Assembly (NCBI GenBank): GCA_002104905.1
Contig: MCFE01000383.1
Location: forward strand, 1-64,000
Source: Basidiobolus meristosporus CBS 931.73
Lineage: Eukaryota; Fungi; Basidiobolomycota
Direction: 5' to 3'
DNA length: 64,000 nt
Under the pieces are notes generated by a model, which was not told the DNA's origin, did not search any database, and worked only from the letters and a program-made list of their open reading frames with translations. Positions 12,800 through 27,171 of the stretch are shown piece after piece (the first letter of the stretch is position 1; every line of letters starts with the position of its first letter). The position numbers and the translations under genes were made by a program.

Positions 12800-14420
12800 T
12801 GCCTTGTTATGTCAGATGGGGAGCAGTAAAGACTTTAGAAAATTCACAGGCAAATTCACCTATGGTAAAGAAAGCTTTAGAGTATCAAATTGGGAAAGGA
12901 CATTAAGCCCAAAGAAACCGCAGACTAAGTGCTTAAGTTTCAAGGAAGGAAAAAAAGGCCTCAAATTTCATACAAAGCAATGTCCAAGATTCCTACTTTG
13001 CACAAATTGATATTCTTAATACAGCCAAGGTAGCATTGGGCTCTGTCAAGACAATATTTAGAGCAGAGTTATCCCTAAGCAAGCTCTATTTCAAATGAGA
13101 GTTTTTCAATGTGAGAAATAGGCCTGAGAGCACTATGCTACAATTCATTATCAGAATAGAGAAACTTGCAGAAGAATTTCACAGTATCCATGCTGAAGTA
13201 GTTGTTGAAGGAAAGTGACTCTACTTACTTTGCGGCAAATTGGCTAAGTATGAGCCCTTTGTACTTTTACTTGACAGCCAATAAGTCAAAATGACCTAGT
13301 CCTTTGTCAATGGAAGCCTTCTTCATGAAGAGCTTAGTGGTGATGGTAGGGAGGATCAGGGATGATGCTGTATCCAGCTTGGCAAAACAAACAGAAACAA
13401 AAAGAAAATAGCTGACGCAAAGAAAACCTAGCTACTGTAACTACTGAAAGCAGATAGGATACTGTGTAAGAGACTGTAAGAAGTTTTGAGAAGATAAGAA
13501 ATATAACCTTGAACCTACAAACCATGCTTCTGCAGAAGAGCTGCTTTTGTACAGTACAAGATAGTACAGGAAACAGTGGTGAGCAATGAAATTCTGACCT
13601 ACAACACCTTAGCAATTATTGAACATGAAGGTGTGGTTCAGCAACCTGACGATTTTTTTGGTAAGCAAGGCGTTTCAGAGGCATATAGCAAGTAAGCTAG
13701 GCTATGTCTCCAGAGTCTAGGTGGCACAGATTTCATCAGATTATTGGCTAATCTACACCCAGCAAGATGTGGGCCCATCACAACAATGTTGTTTAGGGTC
13801 AAGCAATATAGCATTATTTTACAATGTCAATTTAAGATGAAATATGGGTATTTCTCTAAGAACAAAGGATGATTGCCAAAGTACCTTGAAGCACTTGAAG
13901 AGCAGAACAAAGATGCAAGCCGGATGTAAGCTGAAGGTATTACAGAATAGAATTGCAAGTAAATAGTGTTTCAATGCTCTTGTAAAGTAAAGCTCTGGCG
14001 CAAGTAGATGGCAATAGACACCCATTCAAAAACATTATGGCTAAATGGAGTAGCAGGGCAATGGTTGAGTTTGAAAGCTTTGTTCAAGATGATACAGTGA
14101 AGAACTACGGGCCTTAGTCAGAGTAGGTTGCTACTGCTATTAGCTTCAAGTAGATGTACAATAACAGCTCTACTTGCTTCCACACAGCTTGCCGCATATT
14201 CAGGCAGTGAACTAAACCTCCTGCTTATCAGGACCTCTGGCAGCTACTTATTCTAGTAAAGACCTGACCAAAAATACCTTAGGTCTTAGGTAAGAGTCAA
14301 AAAGGGATCTTTGTTGGCTATCAAGAAGAAACCATAAGGAATATAGTTCATAATGACCAAATATACAGGTTGATTGAAAGCAGATACATTACGTTTGATG
14401 TTACCAATATTGGATAAGAC
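12800..14420 (+). pseudogene. Decayed copia gag-protease-integrase relic
   Basis: Gag-like and integrase-like remnants (for example QNIMAKWSSRAM, GSKRDLCWLSRRNHKE, RYITFD) with many stop codons. Confidence 0.6.
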
Positions 14421-14576
14421 TTTAAAGCCAGCAGCACTAACATTCAGGAACTATGTATTGCTGAGATGCAATGCTTAGAAGGAGCTTGTGCCTCAATAGA
14501 CAGGACCACCAGACATTCTATAAGATGCTCATTTTCAATTGACTTGCCAGTGGACAAACAATGTTATATCTATGAT

Positions 14577-14830
14577 TTAGCCATAGAGATAGGTATATGC
14601 TTGCAAGGCTTTTGACACTGATCCATCATGGCAATGATATCATCAGAAAGGAGGGTCAGGAGAATATCCCAGCTTTGATAGGAGTGATTGTTATGACTGC
14701 TTGCTAGATGGCTAAGTCAGCATTTTGTCAAGCAATTTGGTGCTTGCATTTATTCCAAAAGTATGCATACATTATCTAGTATGTCAATAGTATTAGTCAG
14801 CAGTTAAGTCAGCATATGCTTAGAAGACAA
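14577..14830 (+). mobile_element. Third, short relic of the same gypsy 3' end
   Basis: ttagccatagagataggtatatgcttgcaagg... aligns with 18625-18900 and with the reverse complement of 12550-12790. Confidence 0.55.
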
Positions 14831-14889
14831 AAATAGTTAAATATGTAGGACATAAATGGGTTATAATGACACACTGAAATAATACTGAG

Positions 14890-17620
14890 ATATAAGAAGG
14901 GTTTGAGATATAGAGAACTTTTCAAGAAAAATGATACCAATTGAACTGTTGCTTATTCCTAATGAAGCTCAGTATCCATACCATTGTTGAAGTAATACAA
15001 CAGTAACCCTAAGTAAGAATGGCCTCTCATCATTCAGGAGCATTCTGTAGCATATACAGGGCAAGTTCAAAATGTTTGGTATAGGTGCTAAATTAATCTT
15101 GATTATTGGGGGAATAACTGTAGGAAAATCAATTTGAGGAAAGTGGCAAAGCAAGAGCTGTAAATTAGTCACACAGTGACCAACACTAGCCAATAATTCT
15201 GAAGTAAGTGTTTAACTGCTGAAGGATATAAGATAGTCCAGTATTTCAACACTCCTTCTTAACAAAATACTTTGTAATCCTAATTGCTCTATGACATTAT
15301 CAGATTGTGGCCTAGCTAGTAGTTGTGTCAGTATTTCTGACTATCATTGTGTCAGTTGGGCAGGAAACTAACTCCACTAAGTTATTTTCTACAGCTTCCT
15401 TGATAAAGTGGCGTTATACATTTATGTGCTTTATATGGACATGATTTGCAAAATTTCTAGCTAATGCAATAAAAATTTCAGTATCCTTGGAAATACTTGT
15501 TGGTTTACAGAAATTAAAACCTAGGTCATTTATTATATCTGGAAAACACACAGCCTTCTGAGTTGCTTGACAAATAGCAATATATGTATGCATCAGCTTT
15601 GATAAGGCACAGTAAGTTGTTGCATGCAATTCCAAGTAATAGATGCACCAGCATACAGAACTACATAGTCAGTGGTAGAGCATCTACTAATTAGATCCCT
15701 ACCCCAATGTGAGTAGCTATAGCAATTAAATCTACGCCTATTAGCTTCCTCAGAGTATTTTAAAAGCGTATTGATGGCACTTTGAAGATAATTGAATAAT
15801 TCTGCAATTGCTGCAATATGGTTTGATCAAAAATTTAGTACTATTGACTGAACATTGCAACAGCCACTATTATATCTGGACTTATGGAAATCATCTAGTA
15901 CATCAGGCTACCAATCACAATTGATAGGAAAGTTCTGATTTATTTTAAGTAGTTTTCATCTAAAGCTGGCTGAGATTTGCTTGAGGTCAGAATATTGTCC
16001 ATGGTTACTGCAGTCTTGCAATTTTCCATTTTGAAACATCTAAGAATATGCCTGATGTACTTGAACAGATCCAACTTATTTTTTTATAGGTATTATGAAT
16101 ATGACTTCAGTTCCAAGATAGCAGCCCAATTCTCCAAGATCTTTCATCTCAGACTTGCAGAAGAGATTTATTTTGTCTGCTTAAGTGCCTACTGATCACT
16201 TGTAGCTATTATCATGTTGTCCACACAAAGTACAAGGATAAGGATTCCCCTTTTACGCAGTATCATATATTAACTGTGATATGCAGGGCTACAAAGAAAA
16301 CAAATCTTCGCTATGTATGTGTCAATCATGTTGTACCCTACCCTGGGAGCCTGCTTAAGCATAAGTAACAACCTCATACATCTGCAGGTTGTATGGGGAC
16401 CTTGGGGATTGGTAAAACCTACTGGTGGCTCCATATTTATAGTTTTTTGTAGATCCCCATTTATAAGGCTTTTTGATTACAATTAGTGCAGATCTAGACT
16501 GTGTACAGCTGTCAGGGCTAGAACCATCCTAATGCAGCTGAACTTTGCAATCAGGGCAAGTGTTTCCCTAAAGTTTGGTCCCTAGATCTGAGAATAGTCA
16601 TTGGTCACCTATCTAGCTTTGTACTTAAAGTGGTACCATTAGAGATTATCTTTATCTTGTAGATCAACCTACATGCTATTTGCTTTCTACCACATGCTTT
16701 ATCTCCCAGTACCTATGCACTTACCCTGGTCAGTGTTTAGTACTCTTTCTGCATTTCTTATTGCCACTTAGTAACATCTGGACTTTGCAATGCTTGTTCC
16801 AGGTTCCAAGGTTTGGCATGTAAGGCAAGGTGAGCTTCTTCATAGCTGATATATGTCTATTACCAAGACCCAGGGGCATTTCTTATTCTGGTAGATCTCC
16901 TAGCGGTAATAATCTGTTCTGATCCAGAACTAGTAGAGTTTTCACCCCTATCTGGCCAGATTAAGTATATATCTTATTCCTTATGAGTTATTGCATCATC
17001 AGGTAGCTGGCCAATGGTCTCAGTGGCTGTTTGAACCAAATTCTTGTCAGGTACAGCATCATTACTCTAGATTTGCTTTTGAACCTTGCCATCATACACT
17101 CTGTACCCTTCAATCACTTCACAATTGCAAACAAAGTTCCTATTCTCTACTCATTGGCTCCAAATTCAGGCTCTTTTTGTCAGGGATGTCATAGATAATA
17201 TTACTGTCAAAGATCCTGAGGTGCTATTGCTATATTTATATGTTGAGCTACATCATTTTGCTATGGTGCATGTTGAACAGTGGTCTGTTCAAGTAAACTG
17301 ATTGATGAGCAGCATTTCATAAATTCATTTGAGTAGTTTTCTGTTCCATTGCCATATCAAATGTGCCTGCAATTTTAATCCAGTTTGTAATTTTGCCATG
17401 CTTTCTAAGTGCTTAAATGTCTCTGAAGCCTTGTTCTTTGTCTTGTGGAGTGCACCTATTTATATCTTGTCTTGTTATCAATAAATGTCGTGAAGTATCT
17501 CTTGGTTCCAAAGGATTGTATTGTCATCGGCCCACATATGTTAAAGTGCACAATAGCCAGTACTTTGACAGTGTTCATGCCTCCTGAGCTTCTGAAACAT
17601 CTTGGAACACCCCATCTACA
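14890..17620 (-). mobile_element. Old decayed copia A-like copy (3' LTR to about 15251, then RH, RT and partial IN)
   Basis: Colinear similarity to 4080-4442 followed by 126-2650, with deletions and many stops. Confidence 0.8.
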
Positions 17621-17899
17621 ACAATATCATTACGGATGGGACATTTTGATATGAACATGTGTATCTTGCAAAATATCTCAATGTTATAACTGACTGGATA
17701 TTCAGCTGGTGTATTGCTGATATTGAGCTGGAGTTCTAAATAGACTTTGCTGCTACTGGGTTTGTGTTGCTATTTCCAATTCTTTGGCAAAGCTGATTAT
17801 AATGTTTAGTATGAATTACTTATCTGCTGTCTAGTTAGTATCTGGCATGCTGAAATAATTTATAATTTATTGGAAGACTGCCAAACACCAGGATATAAC

Positions 17900-19085
17900 A
17901 ATGTTGGTTCATAGCAGCAACTGACCATACTACTGAAGGGCCAGTGGCTACAGCTGTATGTGTGGCCAGTGAGCAATAATTTACAAGTTGCACCTACCAC
18001 AAGATCCTCATGAAGTTTGGATACCCTGCAAAGATTGTGTCCAATAGAGGAGCAAACTTTATGGAATAGATATTGGAAGCTCAACTAGAAATGCAGCGGA
18101 GCTAATACTTGAAAATCACTGCATATCACCCAAGAACTAGTGGAGTCACTGAGCAGTTATTTATTTGAAAAAATGCTGACCAAGTATGCATATGTAGCTG
18201 TCAGTAGATGGGATGAGTTTACAGACCATGCACTTCTTGCCTGCAGAGCTGGTGTGCACAACACTACCCAAATATTCACATTGTTACTTAGTGTATGGAT
18301 TTTAACCAAGGATTCCAGGAGATCTCACACAACTGATGCTTACAGACACCTTAGAAGAAGAGTTGGGTCAGCCAAGTAGACACCAGCAGCAGCAACAATG
18401 TTGTCAAGAGGTACAGGGCAAAGTATCTCAAAGTGCTTAAAAGATGAAGCAATAATTTGATAGACTATATAAGCAATAGCATTGACAGTTGAGATCTTTG
18501 TATTGCTGAGTAATAGCACTTGAAAGAAGCTAAGCCACAATGGATGGGACCATCCCAGATCATCAGAGAATGTCCATTTGCAACTTACAAACCAGTGGAC
18601 AAACAAGGAAATTTCTGGGAAGATTCAGCGCATAGAGACAGACTCTAGCTTGCAAGACTTGCTGACAACACTTAGCCATCAGTAAGCTGATATAACATGA
18701 TAAGAGATTCAGGAAAACCCTGTTAATTCTGCTAGGGGGGAATGTAATGATCTACTGCTTGAAAATTTAAGTTAGATCAGATTTTAGTAATACTATTTAT
18801 TCTCATGTCTAGCCTATTGGTACATCAGTGTTATCTATCAAATAAGAAGTATTAGTCAGCAGACAAATCAGCAGATCCATGTCAGACAGAAATAGATACA
18901 TTAAGTAACATCAAGTTGAGTGGTGATAATGCAACCAAATGAGTCATCAGTCACAACCTACATTAGGAAGTGCAACAAGTCAGCAGTTGATCTGGCAAGA
19001 TGTACTTAAGGAGCTGCTGGAACCTTGAAAAAATCAGTTCAAGTTCAGTGAGTACAAAATTAGCTAAGCTCTCTATCCTGCTACA
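17900..19085 (+). mobile_element. Ty3/gypsy integrase relic, PPT and 3' LTR (18743-19085)
   Basis: KFGYPAKIVSNRGANF and TAYHPRTSG integrase motifs; PPT CTAGGGGGGAA followed by TGTAATG...CTACA. Confidence 0.75.
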
Positions 19086-19099
19086 ATGCTTATATCAAA

Positions 19100-19730
19100 G
19101 CTTGTAAGATGGTGTCAGATTGAGGTTGATGAGAATCAGCAGCCAGTAGGATTTGATGGCAATGCACTTAATCTGTTAGAATCCATTCAGTACCAAGGCA
19201 AAATCATTGCCATATATACCATTGTAGCTATTCTTGCTTCTTAGCTATTTTATCTTTGCCTTCATGTAGATAGGAAATGTTTGCACTTGACTAATACTGA
19301 GTGCAGTATCGTTTTAGCTTCACAATTGTTGTTGGACTGCATGAGCATCTTTAGACTGAGTAATACTAGAATATTTCTTTTGTCTGGACAATGCTATTAT
19401 CCTATGGTTGTGGAATCTTCCATATTCTGATGGCTGTGTTGATTCTAAAGGTGTCACAAGCACACCTGAATCAGTTTACACAAGGTGACAAGTATAGCTA
19501 GATGCTTTTATGAAAGTATTATGTGTCCAGCAAGATATTGTAGTTAGTAGTGGCTAATGAATGATCAAATATGATTTGTGTGCCAAAACACTGCCTGTGA
19601 CCCTTATAATACTTCCTGTGCCATCTGCACACTTTACATCTGAGGGGATTATTACAATAGCTACATGGTTGGTTTTCCCTTCTCTTACAGCAATAAGTCA
19701 AAAAAGTCTTGTCTATGGCATAAATAGCTC
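19100..19730 (-). pseudogene. CACTA Tnp2 fragments (N-terminal Cys/His piece and middle region)
   Basis: Reverse complement matches 5090-5290 and 8950-9200. Confidence 0.75.
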
Positions 19731-20360
19731 AGCATTCTGTTGCAATTTAAGAAGTGATTTGGATAAAAGGAATTTATCCAGAAATAGTGATAATAGTCAA
19801 ACCATTGTTTATTCATGAAGAGGATCAGTATTTACACCTTTGTAGAGGTAATGCAGCTGTAACAATAAGTAAAGAGGGTTTCTTAACATTGAGGAGCATT
19901 CTGTAACAGTATCAGGGTTAGTACATAGTGCTTGGTAAAAGTGTTAATTTGATACTCACTATAGAGGAATATTCATGGGAGCAGAGATGTGAAGAAACTG
20001 ACAAAGTTGGGATTGCAAATTAGTCCTACAGTGACTAAGACTAGCATAGAATTGCTAAGTAAACCTTGGCAGCAGAATGATACCAAACAGTCCAATATTT
20101 GAACACTCCCCCTCAACCAAATAATTTCTTAATCCTAGTTCCTCTCTGGGATTCTCAAATTATGGTCTAGCTAGTGGTTTTGTCAATATATCTGCCACCA
20201 TTCTGACAGATGGACAGTAAACTAGCTCTACTAAGTTATTTTCTGCATCTTCCCTCACAAAGTGATGTTGTATAACTAAGTACTTAGTTCTGACATGATT
20301 TGTAGGATTTTTAGCTGATGAAATACAACTTAGATTATCTTTATAAATACATGTTGGTTC

Positions 20361-23300
20361 TGTTGAAATAATTAGGAGTCCACCTAATTATTAATATATT
20401 ATGAACTAGCACTTAGTGAAATGATATATTTCAGATTATCAACATGGAAACTAGTTTGTAAGATATTTACTAAGTATTAGGAATTAGAGAAGTACAGAAT
20501 TTTAGGAAAATCTGAAACTTGTCCAAATGAGCTGAAACTTGGCACATACACTCCTGAGACTCTCCTAATAATGACCAAATAGTCACATTTACGTAGTTCT
20601 GCAATAAGTATAAATACTGTGTTGCAACGCAATAAAACATCAATGTGAATATCATGTAAATCTTCTAATTCTCCAATTCACTTCCAATATATCTCTCTAA
20701 TATTTCAACAGGCTTATGAGCCCCAAGCTTGCTTTATCTTGGTTGTCTACTTTGCTCTAGTGCTGTGTCTTTATTCTGGAGAAAGACCGCCTGGTCTACC
20801 TGAAGTTACAAAAGACAGAAAAGTACTGCTGCTGCAAAGAGCTGCTAGATGGGATATATTGTTTTGGAGAGAGAGGCCTTTGCCCTTAAAGAAGACACCA
20901 AGCAAAGAAAAAGGTCATATGTCAAGGAGATCATGTTGGACAAATTCCAAAAGTTATGGAATATGCAGAAGGATGAAGCTTTGAGAAAATAGGTAATCCC
21001 AGCAAGGAGTCAAGATCAATAAGGGGCATCTTACATGATATATGTATTAATGCAATGATCCTTATTATCACCACAAGATGGATCTATATTGAAGATCCAC
21101 ATATACCTGGGTCTGGATTAGACTATATCAGTTGATGAAGTGCCCACATTGCTGCAGTGAATTTACATTAGTCTGTAGTCACTTGAAATGAAATGATGCG
21201 CAAACACTTTGATGCCACCTGCTGCCCTGCTTTGGAGTTGAATTTGCCAACAGATATATGGATCAGCTTGCCCAAACTCTGAGGCTCAAAATGATATATA
21301 ATACCTATATATTTGGCTGAAGATCAGTGATCTCAGATATGCCAACTTAGGAGTGGTACGCATGATATATCAGTGGTACTATTTCCAATACCAATGATCC
21401 TGAGGCTCTGTGAGACACTTATTAGATGAGCTACATATCTACATCAAGTATCAGATACAGTGGGAGGAGATACATCCATATATGTTGAAGCATGGAATTT
21501 CTACTGCCATCAAGAAAAGTGCTACCAGAGACCTTGACCAAAGTATATGCATACAGTCTCTATATACACTATAGAATATGCATGAAGTACTATCAAGGAG
21601 TGTACTAGTTGCCCTACACTAGTACATATATCACATACATACAGTGATGAAGGATCATTTATATTAACGTGGATCAGATGTTAAACATGCTATTTTGATC
21701 AGATCAAGTTACTTACAGCTCCCAGCTATGGGCCAAACCGCAATGATGATATCTGCCTCCAAAAGTGCTGAGAGAAATGGCTTTTTAAGGAAGCTTACTT
21801 GATCAAATTTGATCAAGCCTGTGAAAAGTTATGCCAGATACAAATGGAAGACCAATTTGGTTGAAACATCTCAGAATAGATATGTTTTGAGGACAGGAGG
21901 TTCCTGAGCACTCTGGGAGATCTAACAAGCCGTGGATATGCTACCTGTATGGTCCAGATCTAGATCAATAAGGAAATTCCAGCAACCAGCATCTTTAGGA
22001 CCAGATATGGAACAAAAACCTACCGCCAATAAGTTGCCAGTTTCTAAATGGAGTTAGGTGATACCTAGGCCAGATTTGGACTATCTAGCACACCAGATAT
22101 GATCCAGTTATCCTACCACACAAGGATATTGAAGTATTGTTGCTAAGGAAAGTAGCAGAGCAGTCCAAGAGAACCTACGTACTCAGAGGCAACATCACTA
22201 TTATGGTGAACAATGAAGTTAACTTACTTGCAGTGGAGGCTAGAGAAGTGGTACCAAGGGCCAACCTAAGGGTTATAATGGGTCCAGAAGATCATGGACT
22301 TGTCTATTTGCACTGTCAACCAAGCTGTATGCTGAAAAGTTCTATCAGAAGTAACAGTGGCTCATCAGAGCCATTATGGTAGATTTATGCAATTGGAAAG
22401 TGCCAGATCAGGTTGTGCTGTTCAAGCGTAATAGTACATATGAGACCATATCTATCCTGTTTAGGATTAGGCCTCTATGAATAGCTGCCAATCAAGCTGT
22501 GGTATGCTGTGATACCAAATCAAGCCTATCAAGATGCAAAGGGAAGATCTGAATACCATAACAGTGATATCAGTCCAAGAAAGTTATGCCTAGATCAGAA
22601 GGATATATATGATCTATCTCAGTCAGTTTTAGAAGGCAGGAAGCACCAGAAGACGTAGCTTCAGTGGGAGTACAATATCCCAGATTAGGAATGAAGAAAA
22701 GATAGGATAGATACCATTGAAGGCACTAGTCCGGAAGAGGAAATACTTGGTCAAGCATCAAAGAATAAGGCAACTACAATGCTGACCAATTGTTGGTCTC
22801 AGCAGATCATATATTGAGTATATGAGGAAAGTGTTGCAATTTAAGAAGTGATTTGGATATAAGGAACTAATCAAGAAATAGTGATAATAGTTGAACTGTT
22901 GTTTATTCGTAAAGAAGCTCAGTATTTATACCTTTGTAGAAGTAATACAGCTGCAACACTAAGTAGGGAGGGTTTCTCAATATTCAGGAGCATTCTGTAA
23001 CAGTTTCAGGGTTAGTACATAATGTTTGGTAATAGTGCTAATTTGATCCTGACTATAGGGGAATAGTCATAAGATCATATATCTGGAGAAAGTGGCAAAG
23101 TTAAGGCAGTAAATGAGTCCTACAGTGACTAAGACTAGCCTAGAATTGTTAAGTAAATTTTTAGCTGCTGAATGATACCAAATAGTCCAATATTTCAACA
23201 GAAAGTTACTATCCAGATCCAGTTATGGATATATGGAGGATAGTCTAAGTGAATTAGACTATAGACCAGAACTGTGGATGATCCAGATCTACTTGAGAGA

Positions 23301-24038
23301 AGACCACATCCTAACTTTGCCAATTATTGACCAATTTTACTCAAATGAGAAACAGCAGATAGCCTGTAAATTCAGCTCTCTGATGATACAAACTATGCTG
23401 GGATTCAATCAGTATCTAAGAAGTTTTACTCCAATCAAATTGATGATACTCATTCATAGATATTTGTGATGAGATCAGAGTTCAGACTCAAAGCAATTTG
23501 ATCTGAAGTATGTAATTAACAGTATGAACTTATACTTAGTTATTACAGATTATATGCAATCCTTAACATATATTGGAGAATACATTAGTCCAATAAGTTA
23601 GATGGTTAATTGCAGGTTTAATTTCAACCGCAAGATACACAACACCACAGCAAGTTCATAAGTATATGAATATATTATGTGAGTGGGAGTGTTGAAATAA
23701 TTAGGAGTCCACCTAATTACTAATATATTATGAACTAGCACTTAGTGAAATGATATATTTCAGATTATCAACATGGAAACTAGTTTGTAAGATATTTACC
23801 AAGTATTAGGAATTAGAGAAGTACAGAATTTTAGGAAAATCTGAAGCTTGTCCAAATGAGCTGAAACTTGGCACATGTACTCCTGATACTCTCCTAATAA
23901 TGACCAAATAGTCACATTTACGTAGTTCTGCAATAAGTATAAATACTGTGTTACAACTCAATAAAACATCATGTGAATATCACGTAAATCTTCTAATTCT
24001 CCAATTCACTTCCAATATATCTCTCTAATATTTCAACA
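20361..24038 (+). mobile_element. LTR element B (LTRs 20361-20710 and 23690-24038), apparently non-autonomous
   Basis: Near-identical LTRs (about 10 differences by eye), PBS GGCTTATGAGCCCC at 20711, PPT TGAGTGGGAG at 23680, imperfect 5-bp TSD GGTTC/GGCTC, and no long internal ORF. Confidence 0.88.
22832..23200 (-). repeat. Solo LTR of copia A with perfect GAAAG target-site duplication
   Basis: 369 bp with about 5 differences from 4074-4442; GAAAG at 22827-22831 and 23201-23205. Confidence 0.96.
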
Positions 24039-27000
24039 GGCTCATCTGAATGACAGCTCAGGTCTTTAAATATTTTCTTAAGCCATATAGCGTCCTTAGT
24101 TGCTTGGTAAGCAGCCATATATTCAGCTTCAGTTGTATCTAGGGCCATAGTTGGCTGTTCTGAGATATTCCAAGTGATAACTGCACCAGCATAACAAAAT
24201 GCATACCAAGTGGTGGAGCATCTGTCAATCAGATATCTGCCTTAATCTGAATCACTATAACAATCAAATTTCTGACTACTAGCTGCTCCAGAGTATTCCA
24301 GCACCATATTTATGTAACCTTGAAGATAATTGGAAATCTGCTTAACTGCTGTAATTTGATCTGATCCATAATTCTCCTCAAATCAACTCACTTTTCAGCT
24401 GCCACTGGAATATCAGGACATGTAGACAACATCAAATACATCAGACTACTAATCATTGATTGATAGTGAAGGTTTTGTTCCATATTTGTGCTGTTTACAC
24501 CTAAAACTGGCTGAGATTTGCTCTATTTTGAATATTTGTTCATAGGAGCAGTTGCAGGCTTGCAATTTTCCATTTTGCAACATCTAAGAATGTCACTGAT
24601 GTACTTAGACTGATGCTGCACAATAATCTGTGTAGATATGTAAAAATTCACCTCAATTCCATGAAAATAGCCTAAGTTCCAGGATCTTTCATTTTGAAAA
24701 TGCCAAAGAGATCTGATTTTGTCTGTTCAAGTGCCTCTTGGTCACTTATAGCTATTAGTAAGTTGTCCACCTAAAGAACTAGGATGATCACACTGTTTTT
24801 GAGCTATGTCACATAAATACAGTGATATGTAGCGCTACAAATGAACCCAATCTCCTCAAGATATGTGTCAATCTTATTATACCTTGTTCTAGGTGCCAGC
24901 TTAAGCTCACACAACAATTTCCCAAGTCAGCACACCTAATGGCAGCCTTTTGGATTGGTAAAACATTCTGGTTGCTCCATTTTTACAGTTTCTTGCAAAT
25001 CCGCATTTATAAAGGCTGTATTGACATCCATTTAATGTAAATCTAGACTGTGTACAGCTGCCAGGTCTAGAGCTATCCTAATGGAGTTAAACTTGGCAAC
25101 CAAAGCAAGTGTTTCCTCAAAGTCTAGTCCCTTGATATGGAAATAGCTTTTAGCCATCAATCTTGCCATATACTTATCACTGGTACCATTTGAGGTTATC
25201 TTAATCTTGTGGACCCATACACATCCTATTGGCTTTCTCACATTTGGTAGATCTAGCAGTTCCCACATTTATGCTGTGATCAGTGATTGGTATTCTTCCT
25301 GCATTTCATGTTGCCACATAGTTGCATCTGGACTATGCATTGCCTGTTCCAGATTCTGAGATTTGGCACATAAGGCAGGATAAGCTTCTTCATGATCATT
25401 GGATGTCTGCCACCAGGATCCAGGGGCATTTCTTATTCCAGTAGATCTCCTAACTGGGATAATCTGCTCTGATCTGGAACTGGCAGAGTTATCTTCTGTT
25501 TCTGGCTGAATTTGGTATGTATCTTTTTTATTAGTCTTAATTGCATCATCAGGCAGCTGGCCAATGACTTCTGTGGCTTTTTGATCTGAGTTCTCCTTGA
25601 ATACAATGTCCCTGCTCTTGATCTGCTTCTGAATTTCACCATCTTAGACTCTATACCCTGCAGCATCATCACAATACCCAAGGAAGATCCCTTTTCTACT
25701 CTTTGGTTACAGCTCTGAGCATTTTTTGTTGGGGATGCAATATAAATTACCACTGCCAAAGATCCTGAGGTGCTGGAGGTTTAGTTTTGCCTGTATAGGC
25801 TTCAATGGGTGAAGAATCACATATTGCTGTTGTTGGGCAGGTATTCTTGATGTATAATGCAGTAGAAGCAGATTTGGCCCAAATCCTGTAGTTCATTCCC
25901 TTATGATATAGCATTTGTCTTCCCATCTCTACTCTAGTTCTATTTGCATGTTCTGCTACTCCATTTTGTTGTGGAGTATGTGGAGCAGTGGTCTGTTGAG
26001 GTATACAGGTAGATGAGCAGTATTTTGCAAACTCCTTTGAGCCTATGTTGGCATATTCAGGTACAATGATGACACATTGTAACTTGTATATATTGTGATC
26101 TCTGATTCCCAAAGCTAGTTTTTGTGCATTTTCACTCAATAATAAGTAGTTCAGCTTAGTAAAAACTAATTTTAGTCCCTGAGCAGTTGCTTTACTGACT
26201 GATAGTAAGTTTTAGCTATTTCACATACAAAAGTATGTCAGTCAGTATTGCTGCTGAAGCCCCTGAGATATCACTCATATTTAGTGGTATAGAACCACCG
26301 GCAGTAGCTTCCAGTGCAGAGTTGTCTCTCAGATAAGTCCTTCTTACAGGAATAGTGTTTAAGTTGCTGAATCACTACTTTATAACACAAATAAGCTGTG
26401 AAGCTCCAGAGTCAATCTACTACTCATTAGACTTGTTCCAACGTACTGTGCCAGGGTGCACAGCGCAATCCACGGTTATAAAGAACAATTGGGCGCAATA
26501 TTATAGCTACCAGAAGGCAGGATTGTTCTTGGACAATTTTGCACTATGCGGGACAATCTTGCACACTTATGGCACAATCTGACACAATGAGGTTGGCACG
26601 GATGATTGCACCAACTCGTAATGTTTGCATCACGTGCGCAATTGGATACCGCTATTATGGCAGGTAAAATCCGGTATTTGGATATGTTTCTTTAATGTAA
26701 ATAGAAATAAATGTGTATCACACTATAAACTACACTGATACTTACCATTTTGGTTACCCTCACCCCAATTGGATGGTATCTCAGTGGTTAATTGGTCCAA
26801 AAGTATCCTGAAACTGGCAGCCCCCAATTGGCTCATTGACTACTGAAAGAGCTACCTGATTTGTCATCAAATATCCCATTTTGCCCATTAAGCAAGTAAA
26901 TCCCTGATCCTAGTGATTGGACAAGGTGTCATAGCTAGCACTCAGGCGATTGTGTACGTGCAAAACAGATCCAATAGCTGCACTGGTATTACAGATGACG

Positions 27001-27171
27001 TATATATATGCAGGGTGTTTATTTATAGGTGTTCTGTCTCAAATGTGAGACAACCTTGATATTACTTACATCAAAAATTTGATGATCACTGATTAGCAAT
27101 GGCTTTATTTGGATTGCAAAAAAAAGGGTTGTTGGGATCATTACAAATGTGAGCAATTCAAAGCAATTGCA

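Larger units (their letters stand above)
19738..26428 (-). mobile_element. Older copia A copy (3' LTR 19738-20105, PPT, RH-RT-IN-PR), carrying nested insertions and cut at the protease by PHIS copy 2
   Basis: Aligns to 126-3206; continuity is restored across the 20361-24038 insertion. Confidence 0.9.
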
